Assembly (NCBI GenBank): GCA_030704615.1
Contig: CM060732.1
Span: 37,944,001-38,008,000, forward strand
Length of the DNA: 64,000 nucleotides
Reading direction: 5' to 3'
From: Takakia lepidozioides
Lineage: Eukaryota > Plantae > Bryophyta
Made by a program: the position numbers and the translations under genes. Positions 12,438 to 24,391 of the stretch are shown here, one piece after another (the stretch's first letter is position 1; each line of letters begins with the position of its first letter). The notes under the pieces were generated by a model. The model searched no databases. It was given only the letters and a program-made list of their open reading frames with translations, and was not told the origin of the DNA.

Positions 12438-13950
12438 ACTGCCCACTTATCAACGCAATCTAGATGAGCTGTCAGAACTTTGCTCAAACTTGTGTGTAAG
12501 TTTGTTCTGAATACTATCTGCAATCATAGAAGCGTCGTGACTGTTACCAAGCAATGACTGGTTATTATCAGCTGTCTGATGAGGTTTAACAAGCGTTGGA
12601 AGATTGGGTGGTACCGGAACTAGATCTGTGGAAGCATATGGAATCAATGTTGTCTCTCGATGACAGCATGGATTGCGTAGCAAGCCTGAAGGAAAACGAC
12701 TGCGACCTTACCTTTGCATGCTCTAAAGCCCAAGTACGAAAAGACAACAAAATACAAGGGGGTCTATCGGTAAGTCATCCCCAATTAGACCAGAATGGAC
12801 TCGTCTTCGGCCATTGAGTTCTGGCTTGCATACTCCCTTCAGTTGGATACCCGGACAATGACATCTCCATTTTTAGCTACTAGGCCATGGAGTAACTTTG
12901 ATTTAACAAAACGTGGGTCTGCACCTATCTGCAGGCACCCCACATCAGGATTGTATGGGGCACATGTTTGGAATAGCAATGGCCAAATCAAAAACAGGGC
13001 GAAGAAGGGTAAACAAGGTAATACAGTTCACAATCTACAGTCTAGAAATGCCTTTTTCAGATTTTACGACATTACTCTCATAATTTAACCGATCCCAGTT
13101 GAATTCATGAGTACATGATTTTCAATGTAGACCACAGGGTGAAATTCAATTAGTCCCTAGTTGATTTCTACTTCTGTCCATAGTGGACTGGTTCGACCTG
13201 GTTAACCGTGGCCAACCCAGATTTGTATATATATGTGAATATGTGTGATCAATATTTTTCCGCACGGGGGGTTTTGAAAAAAAATTCTTGTACGAAATAT
13301 ATGTATGGGCAGGGATATGACTCGTCAAAATGTTTAAGTATACGTAGGAGTAATGCATTTATATAAACTTTACAAAATTTTATAAATACATATGTCAAGT
13401 TAAATAAGCACAGTGTGAAAACAACTAAAATAAAGCTAGTTATTTGTATTTAACACTTGGATTTAGGTCAAGTGTTAAGTCAGGTGTCAAGTTTAGTTTG
13501 ACATCTGAACCGCCTTATCTTCACGAGAGCGGCAGTCGCGCAGCTCATCTCTCTCGAGTTGAGCCTGCGCGACCGAGCTCCTTCATGCGTTTAGATCTGA
13601 GTGTGCTATGATGGGAGTGTAGGTTGTTGTGGGGTGGAGTCCCCATAGCTTGGGGTGCCCCTGGCTCGACTTCTATTTTAAAGAGTGATAGCGATGGATT
13701 CATGTTATTTCTTGTGTTGAGAGTGTGTGTCCTTTAACTTTTGTTTATCACTCGAGAGAGATCGAACTGTATCTAGTTTTCTAGTGCTAAGCTAGATGTG
13801 ACGTTCCTGTTTTTAAGCACTATTATAATATAGCTTGGTTATGAGAGCCTGCAGGTAGACTGGCTATGTGTGCCTACTGGAGCATAACAGGAAGGCGGGA
13901 ACCACTCGAAGTGTTGCTGCAGCAGTTCAAAGCCAACAATATTCTCGTCC

Positions 13951-14170
13951 TCCTGGCAGGCACTGCAGCAGGCTGTCTGCCTTGTTCTGAAAACGTGGGG
14001 GGCATGTCCTCATCAACAGTTGCAGCATAGGGATGGCTTCTGCCGCTGCCATGGCTTGTGCTTTTCCCATCTCGGCAGGACTGGAGGACCAGGCTTGACG
14101 TAGTAGGAACAAAGCCTCAATTGCTGCTTTCTGTGCTCTTTCATTGCCAGCCTTTAGTGCACCCACCAGC
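13951..14170 (-). pseudogene. CSI1: Captured fragment of a CELLULOSE SYNTHASE INTERACTIVE (CSI1/CSI3-like) gene
   Basis: [70 protein letters not shown] resembles the CSI segment just before the C2 domain. Confidence 0.85.
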
Positions 14171-14364
14171 TGCGCGATACTATCACATGCAGGGAAAATC
14201 GACCGTAGCGACCGTAGCTGCCAGGGCCTTGGTGACTCCCGCTGCAGGCGTGGATGCTATGCGGCAGCAGAGGTTGCTGAGTGGTCGGGCCTTGCGAGTG
14301 TTGTCCGTGCCCTCCAAGATTGGTGTTGGGGCCCGTGGATTGTGGGGTTATCTCTTGCTCAACC

Positions 14365-14830
14365 ATGACAAGTGATGCTCCTGTCCCCAAGCTGCCATAG
14401 GTAGAAGGCTTAGCTATTTCTGCCACTGGGCAATGCCCTGAGCTTTTAGAATCCTCACCTTGAGTGATCTGGGGACTGGAGACTGGCCATGTCCGCTTGT
14501 TTGTCAACGTGAACCCAAATATCTTGCAGTCTTGCTCCACCTGCGGGCTGGGTGTGCAGACCTGCTGCAGCTCTGGCTGTTTGGGGCAAACACCTACTGA
14601 CAAAGAGTGTCCTTGCAGACCAAGCAAACCGTTCTCCGTCTGAGTTTGATTGATGGGCAGTGACCGCTCAGGCATTCCAACCACTTCACGAGATGAAGAT
14701 GCTGATTCATTTGCTAATGTGAACCAACTAGATAAATAATCCTGCAAGGAAGGTTGTTGCGAGGATCCAGTAAACGACTGCCACTGCAATTTGTTGCTCG
14801 ATGGCTCTGTTACAATGTGACTACTATACG
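14365..14830 (-). pseudogene. Captured fragment resembling an ARF middle region
   Basis: S/P/Q-rich stretch containing CKIFGFTL, like the (R/K)LFG repression motif of B3/ARF proteins. This motif is the only support. Confidence 0.4.
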
Positions 14831-15230
14831 AAAAATTCAAACCTGCTAGGTTTATTTCAAGATCCTTCACAAAGAAAGCTCTACCGTGCAGCATGGAGCA
14901 GCGCTGGCATGAGTTGGATAACCGCAGTTCGCAAGGGAGGGGCTGGCAAGCTGTGAACGCTGATATCTGCACTACCACAACGTCCCTAGGATGAATACAA
15001 AGTGCCTGGAGTGAAATGGATAGCTGGAGAGCTGCTCAGGCCCATACATTTGGGGAGTTAAGAGTCATATCATCTACATTGAGGGCGGAGGCCAGGCATC
15101 GGAAATGGACCACCTTGTGTGGAAGCTGATCGCAGGCATGATGGAGCGTGTGGAGAATAACCGAGTTGCACTCACTGTCAATACTGGTTGGGGTCGACTT
15201 GGGTGGTGATCGCAGGCATGATATGAACAT

Positions 15231-15405
15231 GTGGAGGATGACAATGCCAGTCAAGCACAGCGCTACACCAAGCGTGACCAGAGCACATGCTTGCGCCACA
15301 GTGAAAGTGGCATGATTGATCAGGTTCTCTTGACAACCAATGCTGATGGACTACGGTTTGTGAAGATCAGGGTTAGGGCAATCCAAATACCTCAAATAGG
15401 AGATG
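15231..15405 (+). pseudogene. NRPB2: Captured fragment of RNA polymerase II second-largest subunit
   Basis: [48 protein letters not shown] corresponds to the conserved RPB2 segment before PQIGDKF. Confidence 0.9.
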
Positions 15406-15468
15406 CCCCCATGCCGCTGATGCCAAGGACGCGGTGATGCCCTGTGCTGTTGTTGTAAGTCCCGCCAT

Positions 15469-15470
<2 letters not shown>

Positions 15471-15517
<47 letters not shown>
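15471..15517. repeat. (CT)n microsatellite
   Basis: ~23 CT units; the homologous site in copy B (~18667) has only ~7. Confidence 0.95.
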
Positions 15518-15520
<3 letters not shown>

Positions 15521-15892
15521 GAAGACTGCTGCTGTGGAGTGCGCTCGGAAATGGGGCAGTAGTGTGCTCACAGTGCGAGGGGAACGGCCTCGGGAACCCG
15601 TAGATAACCAGGGAATAGGAACCAAGACAAGTATTTTTTTTTTAAAAAATTCGTTCTTTGATCTAATTTAAATTAGATAGAGCCTGTTTGGCCATAACTT
15701 TGGCCTACCAAGGCCGTTGGACCCAAAACTTGCGCAGGGACCTACAGAAAGGGGAAATCTACCTATCTAGACTTGGTTTTTGTTTTTGGGACTCTGCTAA
15801 AAATCTATGGAATTTTTAGAGTGTGAGTGTGCCATGAAAGATCCACAATCCTGTTTCTAGATGAGAGATAAATCTGGGGATGTACTCCTTGT

Positions 15893-16520
15893 ATGGCTGG
15901 GGGAAATGAGGATGTAATTGAAGGGCAGGTCTCTTCTCTTAGCCTGTGCACCCAAGGGGACAAGATCCCAAGGAACTCAGACTGATTTGAGTGGAGAACA
16001 GTTGGACGAGTTGATTGCATACTGGGAGTCAGGCATTAGCAGTGGACAACAAACTGATGTAGTTGGCGTTGAGGGCCTCAATATTGCTTTGGACAGTCAG
16101 AACCCTGTTGGAGCCAGCAATTCTGCAGCTTTAGGTGGAATACCAAAGTGGGTGAAAGCTAGGCTTGGAACACAGCCAAAGACAGCCCTGGGGACCAAGG
16201 TGTTCAGCCACAAGGCCGTGGTGTATTGGAGTAGAGGAGCAGGAGCTACACAAGTTTGTGCAATCAGACAGCGTTGCAGCCGGACACGCTCTGCACAAGG
16301 CAACCACGAGCGGGGGTTCATTAGCGAGGACAAGTTTGTTCTGTTTGAAGGAGATGCAGTCATTCGCAATGAGGACACCCGCAACCGTCTCAAAGCTTTC
16401 GAGTTGAGAGACTATCAGACCCTACCTTTGTTTTCTTTAGTGTTCAGTGAGCGGGAGATAGGGGAATATTGCTTTGTTTCTACTTGGCAGAAAGAGGATG
16501 AGGGTTGGTTAGAGCGAGCT
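15893..16520 (+). pseudogene. ORF-X homolog in copy A (frameshifted, truncated)
   Basis: Near-identical to 55025-55660; ~8-bp deletion near 15966; homology stops at gagcgagct (16520). Confidence 0.85.
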
Positions 16521-16528
16521 GTACTAGT

Positions 16529-16903
16529 GGCCTTCCAAATGCTGGAACAGTCCCTTCCACGCCATGAATGGAGTGAACAGTTGTGGATTGCGCATCTGCT
16601 GCAAATCACACCAGCTGTCGAACTCCTGGATAAAGTCATCCAGCTCAATTGTGCCCACAGCTCCAGAGTACCTACGAAAGTCAAGACTCCACCTGTAGCC
16701 CAATCCCATGATCGGAAGAGGGTGCAATTGTGGAGTAGGGGCGTTGAATGAAGCACGCACCCTGTCACACACCATGCACCTAGCCACAAATTGTTGCACC
16801 TCTGTGTGCATACCACGCCACCAATACTGCCCCTGCAGTAGACTATGAGTGCGTCGCACCCCAAAATGCCCCAACTCCTCATGGGCATGCCACACTAACC
16901 GTG
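16529..16903 (-). pseudogene. Inverted integrase fragment fused to an inverted gag fragment
   Basis: Minus strand HAHEELGHFGVRR...WSLDF (matches ~62369-62595) runs directly into RRYSGAVGTIELDDF...QHLEG (matches ~56543-56690). Confidence 0.9.
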
Positions 16904-17559
16904 TCAAGTTAAATAAGCACATTGTGAAACTAGCTAGAATAAAGCTAGTTATTTGTATTTAACACTTAGATTTAGGTCAAGTGTTAAATCAGGTGTCAAG
17001 TTTAGTTTGACACCTGACCCGTCTTATCTTCACGAGAGCGGCAGTCGCGCGGCTCATCTCTCTCGAGTTGAGCCTGCGCGACCGAGCTCCTGCATGCATT
17101 TAGATCTGAGTGTACTCATGATGGGAGTGTAGGTTGTTGTGGGGTGGAGTCCCCATAGCTTGGGGTGCCCCTGGCTCGACTACTATTTCTAAGAGTGATG
17201 GTTTGGTTTTCATGTTTTGTGTCAACAGTGTGTTCTTGGGTTTTCTTATCACTCGAGAGAGATGACCTCTTACCTGTGAGTGCAAGGTAGGAGTTGAGGG
17301 TTAGCACTTGTATGATTACCTCTGTGAAGTAATGCTTAGTTTGAGAAGCTTAAAAAAACAAAAAAAAAACAAAAAAAAACATTCAGGTTTCGATCATCTC
17401 TGGTTTCTGGGTATATAGATGGTCCATGGAGGCAGGCTACATGTCAAGCAGGGGCAAAGAACTGGTGTCTTTCCACTAGTAAGGATAGCGTTGGTTCTGG
17501 CATGAGGCCGCAGGGGCAGGACGGAGCTATACTGCGAGGAAGCAGCCGTCGTTCTGGTC

Positions 17560-17725
17560 AGTGAGGGCGTGAACAGCTCACAGTGGGTGCGGCAAGCATT
17601 GGCGAAGCCAGAGCTGGCCAGGCAAGTTCTTGATGTGAACCTGCTAAAGACCACATGTATTGACAAGCTGCTGCTGCAGCTGATGGATGTGGCCATGCTT
17701 TGCACACACGAGGTGCCTGATAGAT
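17560..17725 (+). pseudogene. Captured C-terminal fragment of a receptor-like kinase
   Basis: QWVRQALAKPELARQVLDVNLL...LLQLMDVAMLCTHEVPDR resembles RLK subdomains X-XI. Confidence 0.6.
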
Positions 17726-18779
17726 GTTTGGGCGAGCTGGTGTTCGAGGAGTGAGCAAGGTTGGTGTTGTCCCTGGTGTGGTGTCGACGATTGCACTGTG
17801 TGATTACTCATTGGCGACGTTGTTTGCTGCTGCAGTAGGGCCCTGTGTGGGGGCGTTGGTGATGCGCAGGTGGTGGCCTGGCCTGGCGAGCAACGTATGG
17901 GCTGGCCCTGTTACTGCCTGGGCCAGAGGTGAATCAGCAATGTTGAATTTTGGAGGAGATATATGCTGGAGTTGAACTACGGGAGCTGACGGTGTAAAGT
18001 GCAGTTTGGGCTGGCTGATAGGAAGAAGAGATAGGAAGAAGGTGCTGCAAACCGAGAGCACTCGAAGCGGCCTGTGAAGAGGAGGAAGGCTTCAAAGATG
18101 TACAAGCGAACTCGGATACTCTGTCGAACGACCCAAATTGTGATTGAGATAACATTTCTTGAAGAAGAAGCTGCCTCAGCTCTCTGCCCAACCGTGCGAG
18201 AGGATTAAAGGGAGATATAGTTGTAACCTGCGAAAAGAGAAAGAATGAAGCAGAGGGAGGGACATGCTTGACCGGTGCACGAGACCCATCACCAACACTG
18301 AAGGCACTGCCAGGGAATCCAGTCGGTTGCCAGATTGCAGGCCGGAGAAGCAAGCCTGGACGGAGGCCACTCTTGCAACCTTCTTGCTTCCGGACAGAGT
18401 GGGAATGCCAGTGGCCACCCAGGAAGATGCAGCACAGGCAGCCATTATTGAAGCAAACCGTATCAAAACCTGCACAAACTAGAGGATTGATGAGGACTGA
18501 GAGGATTGATGCATGATCCATTAGGGCAGCCGAGCAGCATTTGCAGAGGAGGTTGCTCCATGCGAGATCGCCCTTACTGTGAGCTGCACCTGAGGACACC
18601 CACACCATGCCGCTGATGCCAAGGACGCTGTGATGCCCTGTGCTGTTGTTGTAAGTCCCGCCATAGCTCTCTCTCTCTCACGGAAGATTGCTGCTGTGGA
18701 GTGCGCTCGGAAATGCGGTGATGGTGGTCCTCCGCAGTGTAGAACAGGTCGGGGGCGTGTGTGCGTCCAGACACCACAG

Positions 18780-18860
18780 TCCAGCAAAGTCGATAGCATT
18801 CTATGCTCGAACTGCACCAGAAATGGGGCAGTAGTGTGCTCACAGTGTGAGGGGAACGGC
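18780..18860 (+). pseudogene. Captured DnaJ-type zinc-finger fragment (BSD2-like)
   Basis: SKVDSILCSNCTRNGAVVCSQCEGNG shows CxxCxGxG repeats; partly shared with copy A (~15548-15590). Confidence 0.6.
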
Positions 18861-19227
18861 CTCGGGAACCTGTAGATAACCAGGGAACAGGAACCAAGAC
18901 AAATATTTTTATTTTTATTTTAAAAGAGTTTTCTTTGTATTTGTTGTCTTATTATAAAATATAAAAAAAGGGGGAAAGAAAAGAAAAATGTGTTAGGTTT
19001 AAAGAGCCTGGTTGGTCATATCTTTGTCAAATGAGCTCCGTTTGACTCAGTTTTTGGGGGGATAGCTGCAGAAAGGGGATATCTACCTACCTAGTTTTTG
19101 TTTTTGGGACTCTGCTAAAAATCTATGGAATTTTTAGAGTGTGAGTGTGCCGTGAAAGATCCACAATTCTGTTTCTAGAACCTGTTCTGGTCTATTTGAG
19201 AGACAAATCTGTGGATGTCCTCCTTGT

Positions 19228-19833
19228 ATGGCTGGGGGAAATGAGGACGTAATTGAAGGGCAGGTCTCTTCTCTTAGCCTGTGCACACAAGGGGACAGGA
19301 TTTATGTTTCCCAAGGAACTCAGACTGATTTGAGTGGAGAACAATTGGACGAGTTGATTGCATACTGGGAGTCAGGCATTAGCAGTAGACAACAGACTGC
19401 TGTAGTTGGCGTTGAGGGCCTCAATATCGCTTTGGACAATCAGAACTCTGTTGGAGCCAACAGTTCTGCAGCTGTAAGTGAAATACCAAAGTGGGTGAAA
19501 GCTAGGCTTGGAACACAGCCAAAGACAGCCCCGGGGACCAAGGTGTTCAGCCACAAGGCTGTGGTGTACTGGAGCAGAGGAGCAGGAGCTACACAAGTTT
19601 GTGCAATCAGACAGCGTTGCAGCCGGACACGCTCTGCACAAGGCAACCACGAGCGGGGGTTCATTAGCGATGACAAGTTTGTTCTGTTTGAAGGAGATGC
19701 AGTCATTCGCAATGAGGACACCCGCAACCGTCTCAAAGCTTTCGAGTTGAGAGACTATCAGACCCTACCTTTGTTTTCTTTAGTGTTCAGTGAGCGGGAG
19801 ATAGCAGAGTGTTGCTTTGTCTCTACTTGGCAG
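19228..19833 (+). pseudogene. ORF-X homolog in copy B (3'-truncated)
   Basis: MAGGNEDVIEGQ...CCFVSTWQ is open and nearly identical to 55025-55630, then unrelated sequence follows. Confidence 0.85.
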
Positions 19834-22089
19834 TGTGTAGGAGGGAACTCCAGAAGATCTCTGACCCAGTGGCAGGGCCAAAGACTCCCTGGGGGCACCA
19901 CCAGTATTTTTACTGCAAGGAAGCGGCAGACTACCTATATTGTGAAACCATGGAAATCAACTAAAAGTGTGTTTTTTCTTCCCCAATTCCCTTGAGATTT
20001 TATAGGCAGCTACAAGGCATCTAATTATAATTTTTCACCAAGTTTGGGGATTTTTGGAGGTGAGGAAAGATGGCATCAAATTATCAAGCCGGAGGCAGTT
20101 GCGAAAGGCGATTAAATGGAATTCTAGTTAATCCAATGGATGAAAACTGGAAATTCGACCTGCAAGCTGGATGGATGAGAAGACAACCTAGCGCCAAATG
20201 GTCATCCATTGGATGGATGAAAAACCAGATTTATCATTAACACCAAGGTTTTCCATCCATAGTTATTATTTTATGGTGTTCTATCGTTTTTAAATTATAG
20301 ACTCATGTAGGAAATAATAGTTTAAGACTATCCTTCACTAGTTTAAGAGGCCCCAAAACCACAATAAAAGAAGAGCAGGCTCCTCTTGTTCTTTCTCTAG
20401 TCTCATTTCTTTGTTTTGGCCTCTTGCTTGTGTAGTTAGTTTTGAGCTTGAGGGAGCTAGATCCTAGAGGGTTGAGCTTGTGGCTCTCTAGTAGTAGAAG
20501 CAAGCATAGTGAGAGCAGGATAGTCCTAGGTCAAGGCCTTGTGGCCATTTGAGACAAGAAGTAGAGAAAGCGCTCCATGAAGTGAGAGACTTGAGGACGA
20601 GTTGGAGTGCCGGAGGAGGACTAGATTTGAGTACCATGCTACCGAGCGATTTAGTGCATCCCAAACACCACTTGTTTCAGAGGGTGACTTACCATATTAT
20701 CTTGACCTTTAAATTCATTTGTTTCATTTGTTGTTCAAGCTTGTTCCAAGAAGGGACCTTATAACATTGCTTGCTAGAAATCTATAAAAACTAACCCTCT
20801 TTCAAAGAGGATGTGTGTGCATCTCTATGTGCATGTGTGAAGAGCACAGGTGTGAAGCCCCAAGAGACAGGGCCTTAGGAATCTAACCCAATTACTTCAT
20901 GGAAGTGAGGTAGATGTCAATTATTATGTTTAAGGAGAGGGCGAGCTTACATGAAGTGGCGAAGCTCTTGTCAAATTTCCCTTTCTAGCTTAGTGACAAC
21001 GGCCATATTGCATGAGACGACGAAGCTATTGCCAAAATTTCCAAATTATTAAGTTCATATCTATGTTCATAAGCCCCCTGGCCATAGAGGACCATGGGAG
21101 GCAGTGCTAACTAGCTTTATAAGTGGTTAAGCTATTTTGTAAAGTGCCGGCGCCTTAGGCTGGAGGTCAACCAAGAAGGTTGCCTAGATTTGCCATGGAA
21201 AGGCCCATCTAACACTGGTGGCCAAGAGAAGTTTCTTTCTGCTCCTCCTCCACATCATGCAAGCGAGTGTCGGGTCGAATTTGTTCCAGCTTGGCGTCTT
21301 GCCCTTTGGAAGAACTTTTGGCACAGCCTGGCCATTCGGGATGTCGAGAATAACAATGTCAGCCGCAAATGTTTTCTGCACACCGCACGCGAAGGTGGGA
21401 CCAGTGCTCACCTGCAACAGACATGTTTATTTTAAGAACGATGGCAAGAATGTTTTCAAAGAACCAAACTGAAATACTGCCAATGAAACTTACAGATAAA
21501 AAGGAAAGAAACTTGAATTCTCACCAGATTGAGGAATGAGATTATGTTGTCCAAGGTAGGCGAAGGCACCCCAGTGTATCATCTCTTTCGACTCTGCATC
21601 ATCGCCAGCCAACCCTCATTGACAATTTTAATCTCTCCTGCCGAATCAGAACGGGAAGGGTGTGGCTTGGCATCGAACACGCACTGAACTGTGCGGGTAT
21701 ACCGTCCAGCAGTGATGTCCTGCCCACTCTTCTTTTCCTTCTTCATCTCCTTTTCTTTCTCCTTCCCCTTGTCCTTGGACTTGTCTTTGTCCTTTGGCTT
21801 TGCTGGTGAGATAGCTATGACATCAGGAGCCTTGTCTTTTGGTTTGCGCCCCGCCTTCTTGCCCTTCTGCGGCGTTCCCTGAGCATCAGGCTCCTTGGCA
21901 GCCAATGTTGCTATGTTTCTTTGGAACTGCTCGTCAGTCAGAGGCGCCAGCATTTCAGCATTATTGTTCAAATATTTCATGTGCTTTTCTTGGAAGGTCG
22001 TGTGCTCCGGTGGGCAGTCAAGGTACCAGCCACAGTCTCTGAAGTGAGAAGGACTCCAGTCCTTCAATATCCCTGCAGTGTACATGGTT

Positions 22090-24150
22090 GGATCGTTTGG
22101 TTGAACGAGATGTGGTGTTGTGGAGTGCGATGATTGCATGATATGCACAGCAAGGGTGCGGGATGGAGGCTTTGCAAACCTATAAGCAAATGATGTGCAA
22201 AGGGGTGAAGCCCAACCACATCACATTTGTTTGTGTTTGCAGTGTGTGTGCAAGCCTGGCAGCTCTGGAAAAGGGGAAAGAGGTCCATGGCGACATCGTC
22301 AAAGCTGGAATTGTACCAGATGTCATCTTGAACACTGCCCTGGTGGACATGTATGCCAAATGTGGGTGCATTAAGGATGCGAAGGGAGTTTTCAAGACTA
22401 TGGCTGAATGAGATGTGGTGTCATGGAACTCAATGCTTGCAGGGTATGCACAACAGGGGCGTGGGATGGAGGCCTTGGAATGATGTGCGAAGGGGTGAAG
22501 CCCGACCACATCACGTTTGTGTGCGTTTGCACTGGGTGTGCAAGCCTGGCAGCCCTAGAAAAGGGCAAAGAGGTGCATGGTTGCATCGCCAAAGCTGGAA
22601 TTGTACCAGATGTGATTCTGAACAATACCCTCGTAGACATGTATACCAAATGTAGGAGCATTGAGGATGTGGAGGGAGTGTTCAACAATATGGCTGAATG
22701 AGATTTGGTGTCATGGAACGCCATGCTTGCAGGATATGCACAGCAGGAGCGCGAGATGGAGGCCTGGGGGAAGGGTGAAGCCCGACCACATCATGTTTGT
22801 GTGCGTTTGCAAGCCCAGCAAAGAGGTGCGCCATGGTGACATCATCAAAGCTGGAACTGTACCAAATGTCATTCTGGACGTTGCCCTGATGGACATGTAT
22901 GTGAAATGTGGGTGCAGTGAGGATGCAAAGTGAGTATTTGACAATATGGCTGAATGAAATTTGGTGTCGTGGAATGCGATGATCGCAGGATATGCCCAGC
23001 ATGGTTGTCATAGGGAGGTCCTGCAACTATTTGAAGGAATGCAAAAGAAAGGCTTGAAGCCGGACAGTATCACCTTTATATATGTTCTCTCTGCATGCAG
23101 CCACACTGGCCTTACTGAAATCCAGATGTTGTGGTGTGGAAGGCTTTGCTTGGTGCCTGCAGAATCCATGGCAATGTGGAGATGGCTGAACGTGCGGCAA
23201 TATCTATCATCTAGTGGGATGAACAGGATGGCGCGACTTATGTGTTGCTATCAAACATCTATGCCGCAGCTGGCAGGTGGGATGATACTGCAAAGGTGAG
23301 AAGAATGATCAAGGTCAGAGGGGTTAGAAAGGAGTCAAGAGCCAGGTCGTTGCTGCATTGAGGTTGGCAACAGGGTGCACACCTTCATTGTAGATGACAA
23401 GTTGCATCCCAGAAACATCTATGCCGCAGCTGGCAGGTGGGATGATATTGCAAAGGTGAGAAGAATGATCAAGGTCAGAGGGGTTAGAAAGGAGCCAGGA
23501 GTCAGGTCGCTGCTGCATTGAGGTTGGCAACAGGGTGTACACCTTCATTGTAGATGACAAGTTGCATCCCAGAATTAAGGAAATCCATGCTGAGCTGAGA
23601 AGATTGTCTGGGCAGATGAAAGAGGCGGGGTATGTGCCTGACACGCGCTTTGTATTGCGAAATGGGGGAGGAGGAAAATGAGTTTTCTCTTTGCCACCAC
23701 AGTGAGAAGCTGCCAATGGTTTTGGGCTGATCAGCACGACCCCTAGGACGCCTCTCCGTCTCATCAAGAATCTTCGAGTGTGTGGTGACTGCCACACCTC
23801 CACCAAATTCATCTCAAAGATTGTTGGCCGAGCAATTTTTGTATGGAACGCTAACCGCTTTCACCACTTTGATGATGGGATTTGTTCTGGAGTGCGATGA
23901 TTGCAGGATATGCTCAGCATGGGTCTGGTAAGGAAGCTTTTGAGATCTATGAGCAAATGCTACAGGCAGAGGTGACCCCTGATTTGGTCACCTGGCAGCT
24001 CTGGAAAAGGGTAAAGAGGTGCATGGCAGCAATTGTACCAAATGTCATTCTGAACAATACCCTCGTGGACATGTATGAAGGGAGTGTTCGACAATATGGC
24101 TGAACAAGATGTGGTGTCGTGGAGTGCGATGATTGCAGGATATGCACATC
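22090..24150 (+). pseudogene. PLS-class PPR-E-DYW pseudogene cluster
   Basis: Repeated DVVSW/AGYAQ/KPDHITFV/ACASLAALEKGKEVH/NTALVDMYAKCG motifs. E domain (LSNIYAAAGRWDD) is duplicated. DYW remnant at ~23630-23890 ([28 protein letters not shown]). Many stops and indels. Confidence 0.92.
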
Positions 24151-24391
24151 GAGTTGGGATCCGCCAAGGATTTGAGGCAAAATCTAACCTCCACTCAACA
24201 TTAGTACACACCCTAAATAAAACACACCATTTTTATTTCTTATAATTGTCAAATGATATAGAATAAATAAACAATAAAATAACAAACAATTATTGTTCCA
24301 ACATCTGTCAAATAGATTGTATACTTCCGACATGTCTATTTGAGGAATTGAATGAAAAGATGAAATACAATAAAATTGTTAGTCAGTATTC

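Larger units (their letters stand above)
13393..16901 (+). mobile_element. Derivative copy A of the DNMT-gypsy family (terminus, cargo, ORF-X, inverted gag/INT pieces)
   Basis: Starts TGTCAAGTTAAATAAGCAC like 16902, 52559 and 63977; ~450-bp conserved leader; ~15680-16520 matches ~54790-55660. Confidence 0.9.
16902..19833 (+). mobile_element. Derivative copy B of the DNMT-gypsy family (terminus, cargo, truncated ORF-X)
   Basis: Same TGTCAAG terminus and leader; ~19000-19833 matches ~54790-55630 and ends at tacttggcag. Confidence 0.9.

Noticed and set aside
13845-18900. Cargo as a true CRISPR-like repeat-spacer array
   Set aside because: No repeated sequence separates the fragments; only the flanking anchors are conserved, so the analogy is limited to possible polarity.
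19825-19832. ACTTGGCA as the LTR 3' end (7/8 inverted match to TGTCAAGT)
   Set aside because: It lies inside ORF-X, which continues in copies A and C. There is no TSD match to the flank of 13393 and no PBS after it.
19836-20765. Solo LTR interrupting copy B
   Set aside because: Composition is LTR-like and TG/CA ends are possible, but there is no second copy or TSD to support boundaries.
22090-24150. Functional PPR-DYW editing factor
   Set aside because: Multiple stops, indels and duplications; terminal DYW residues are missing.
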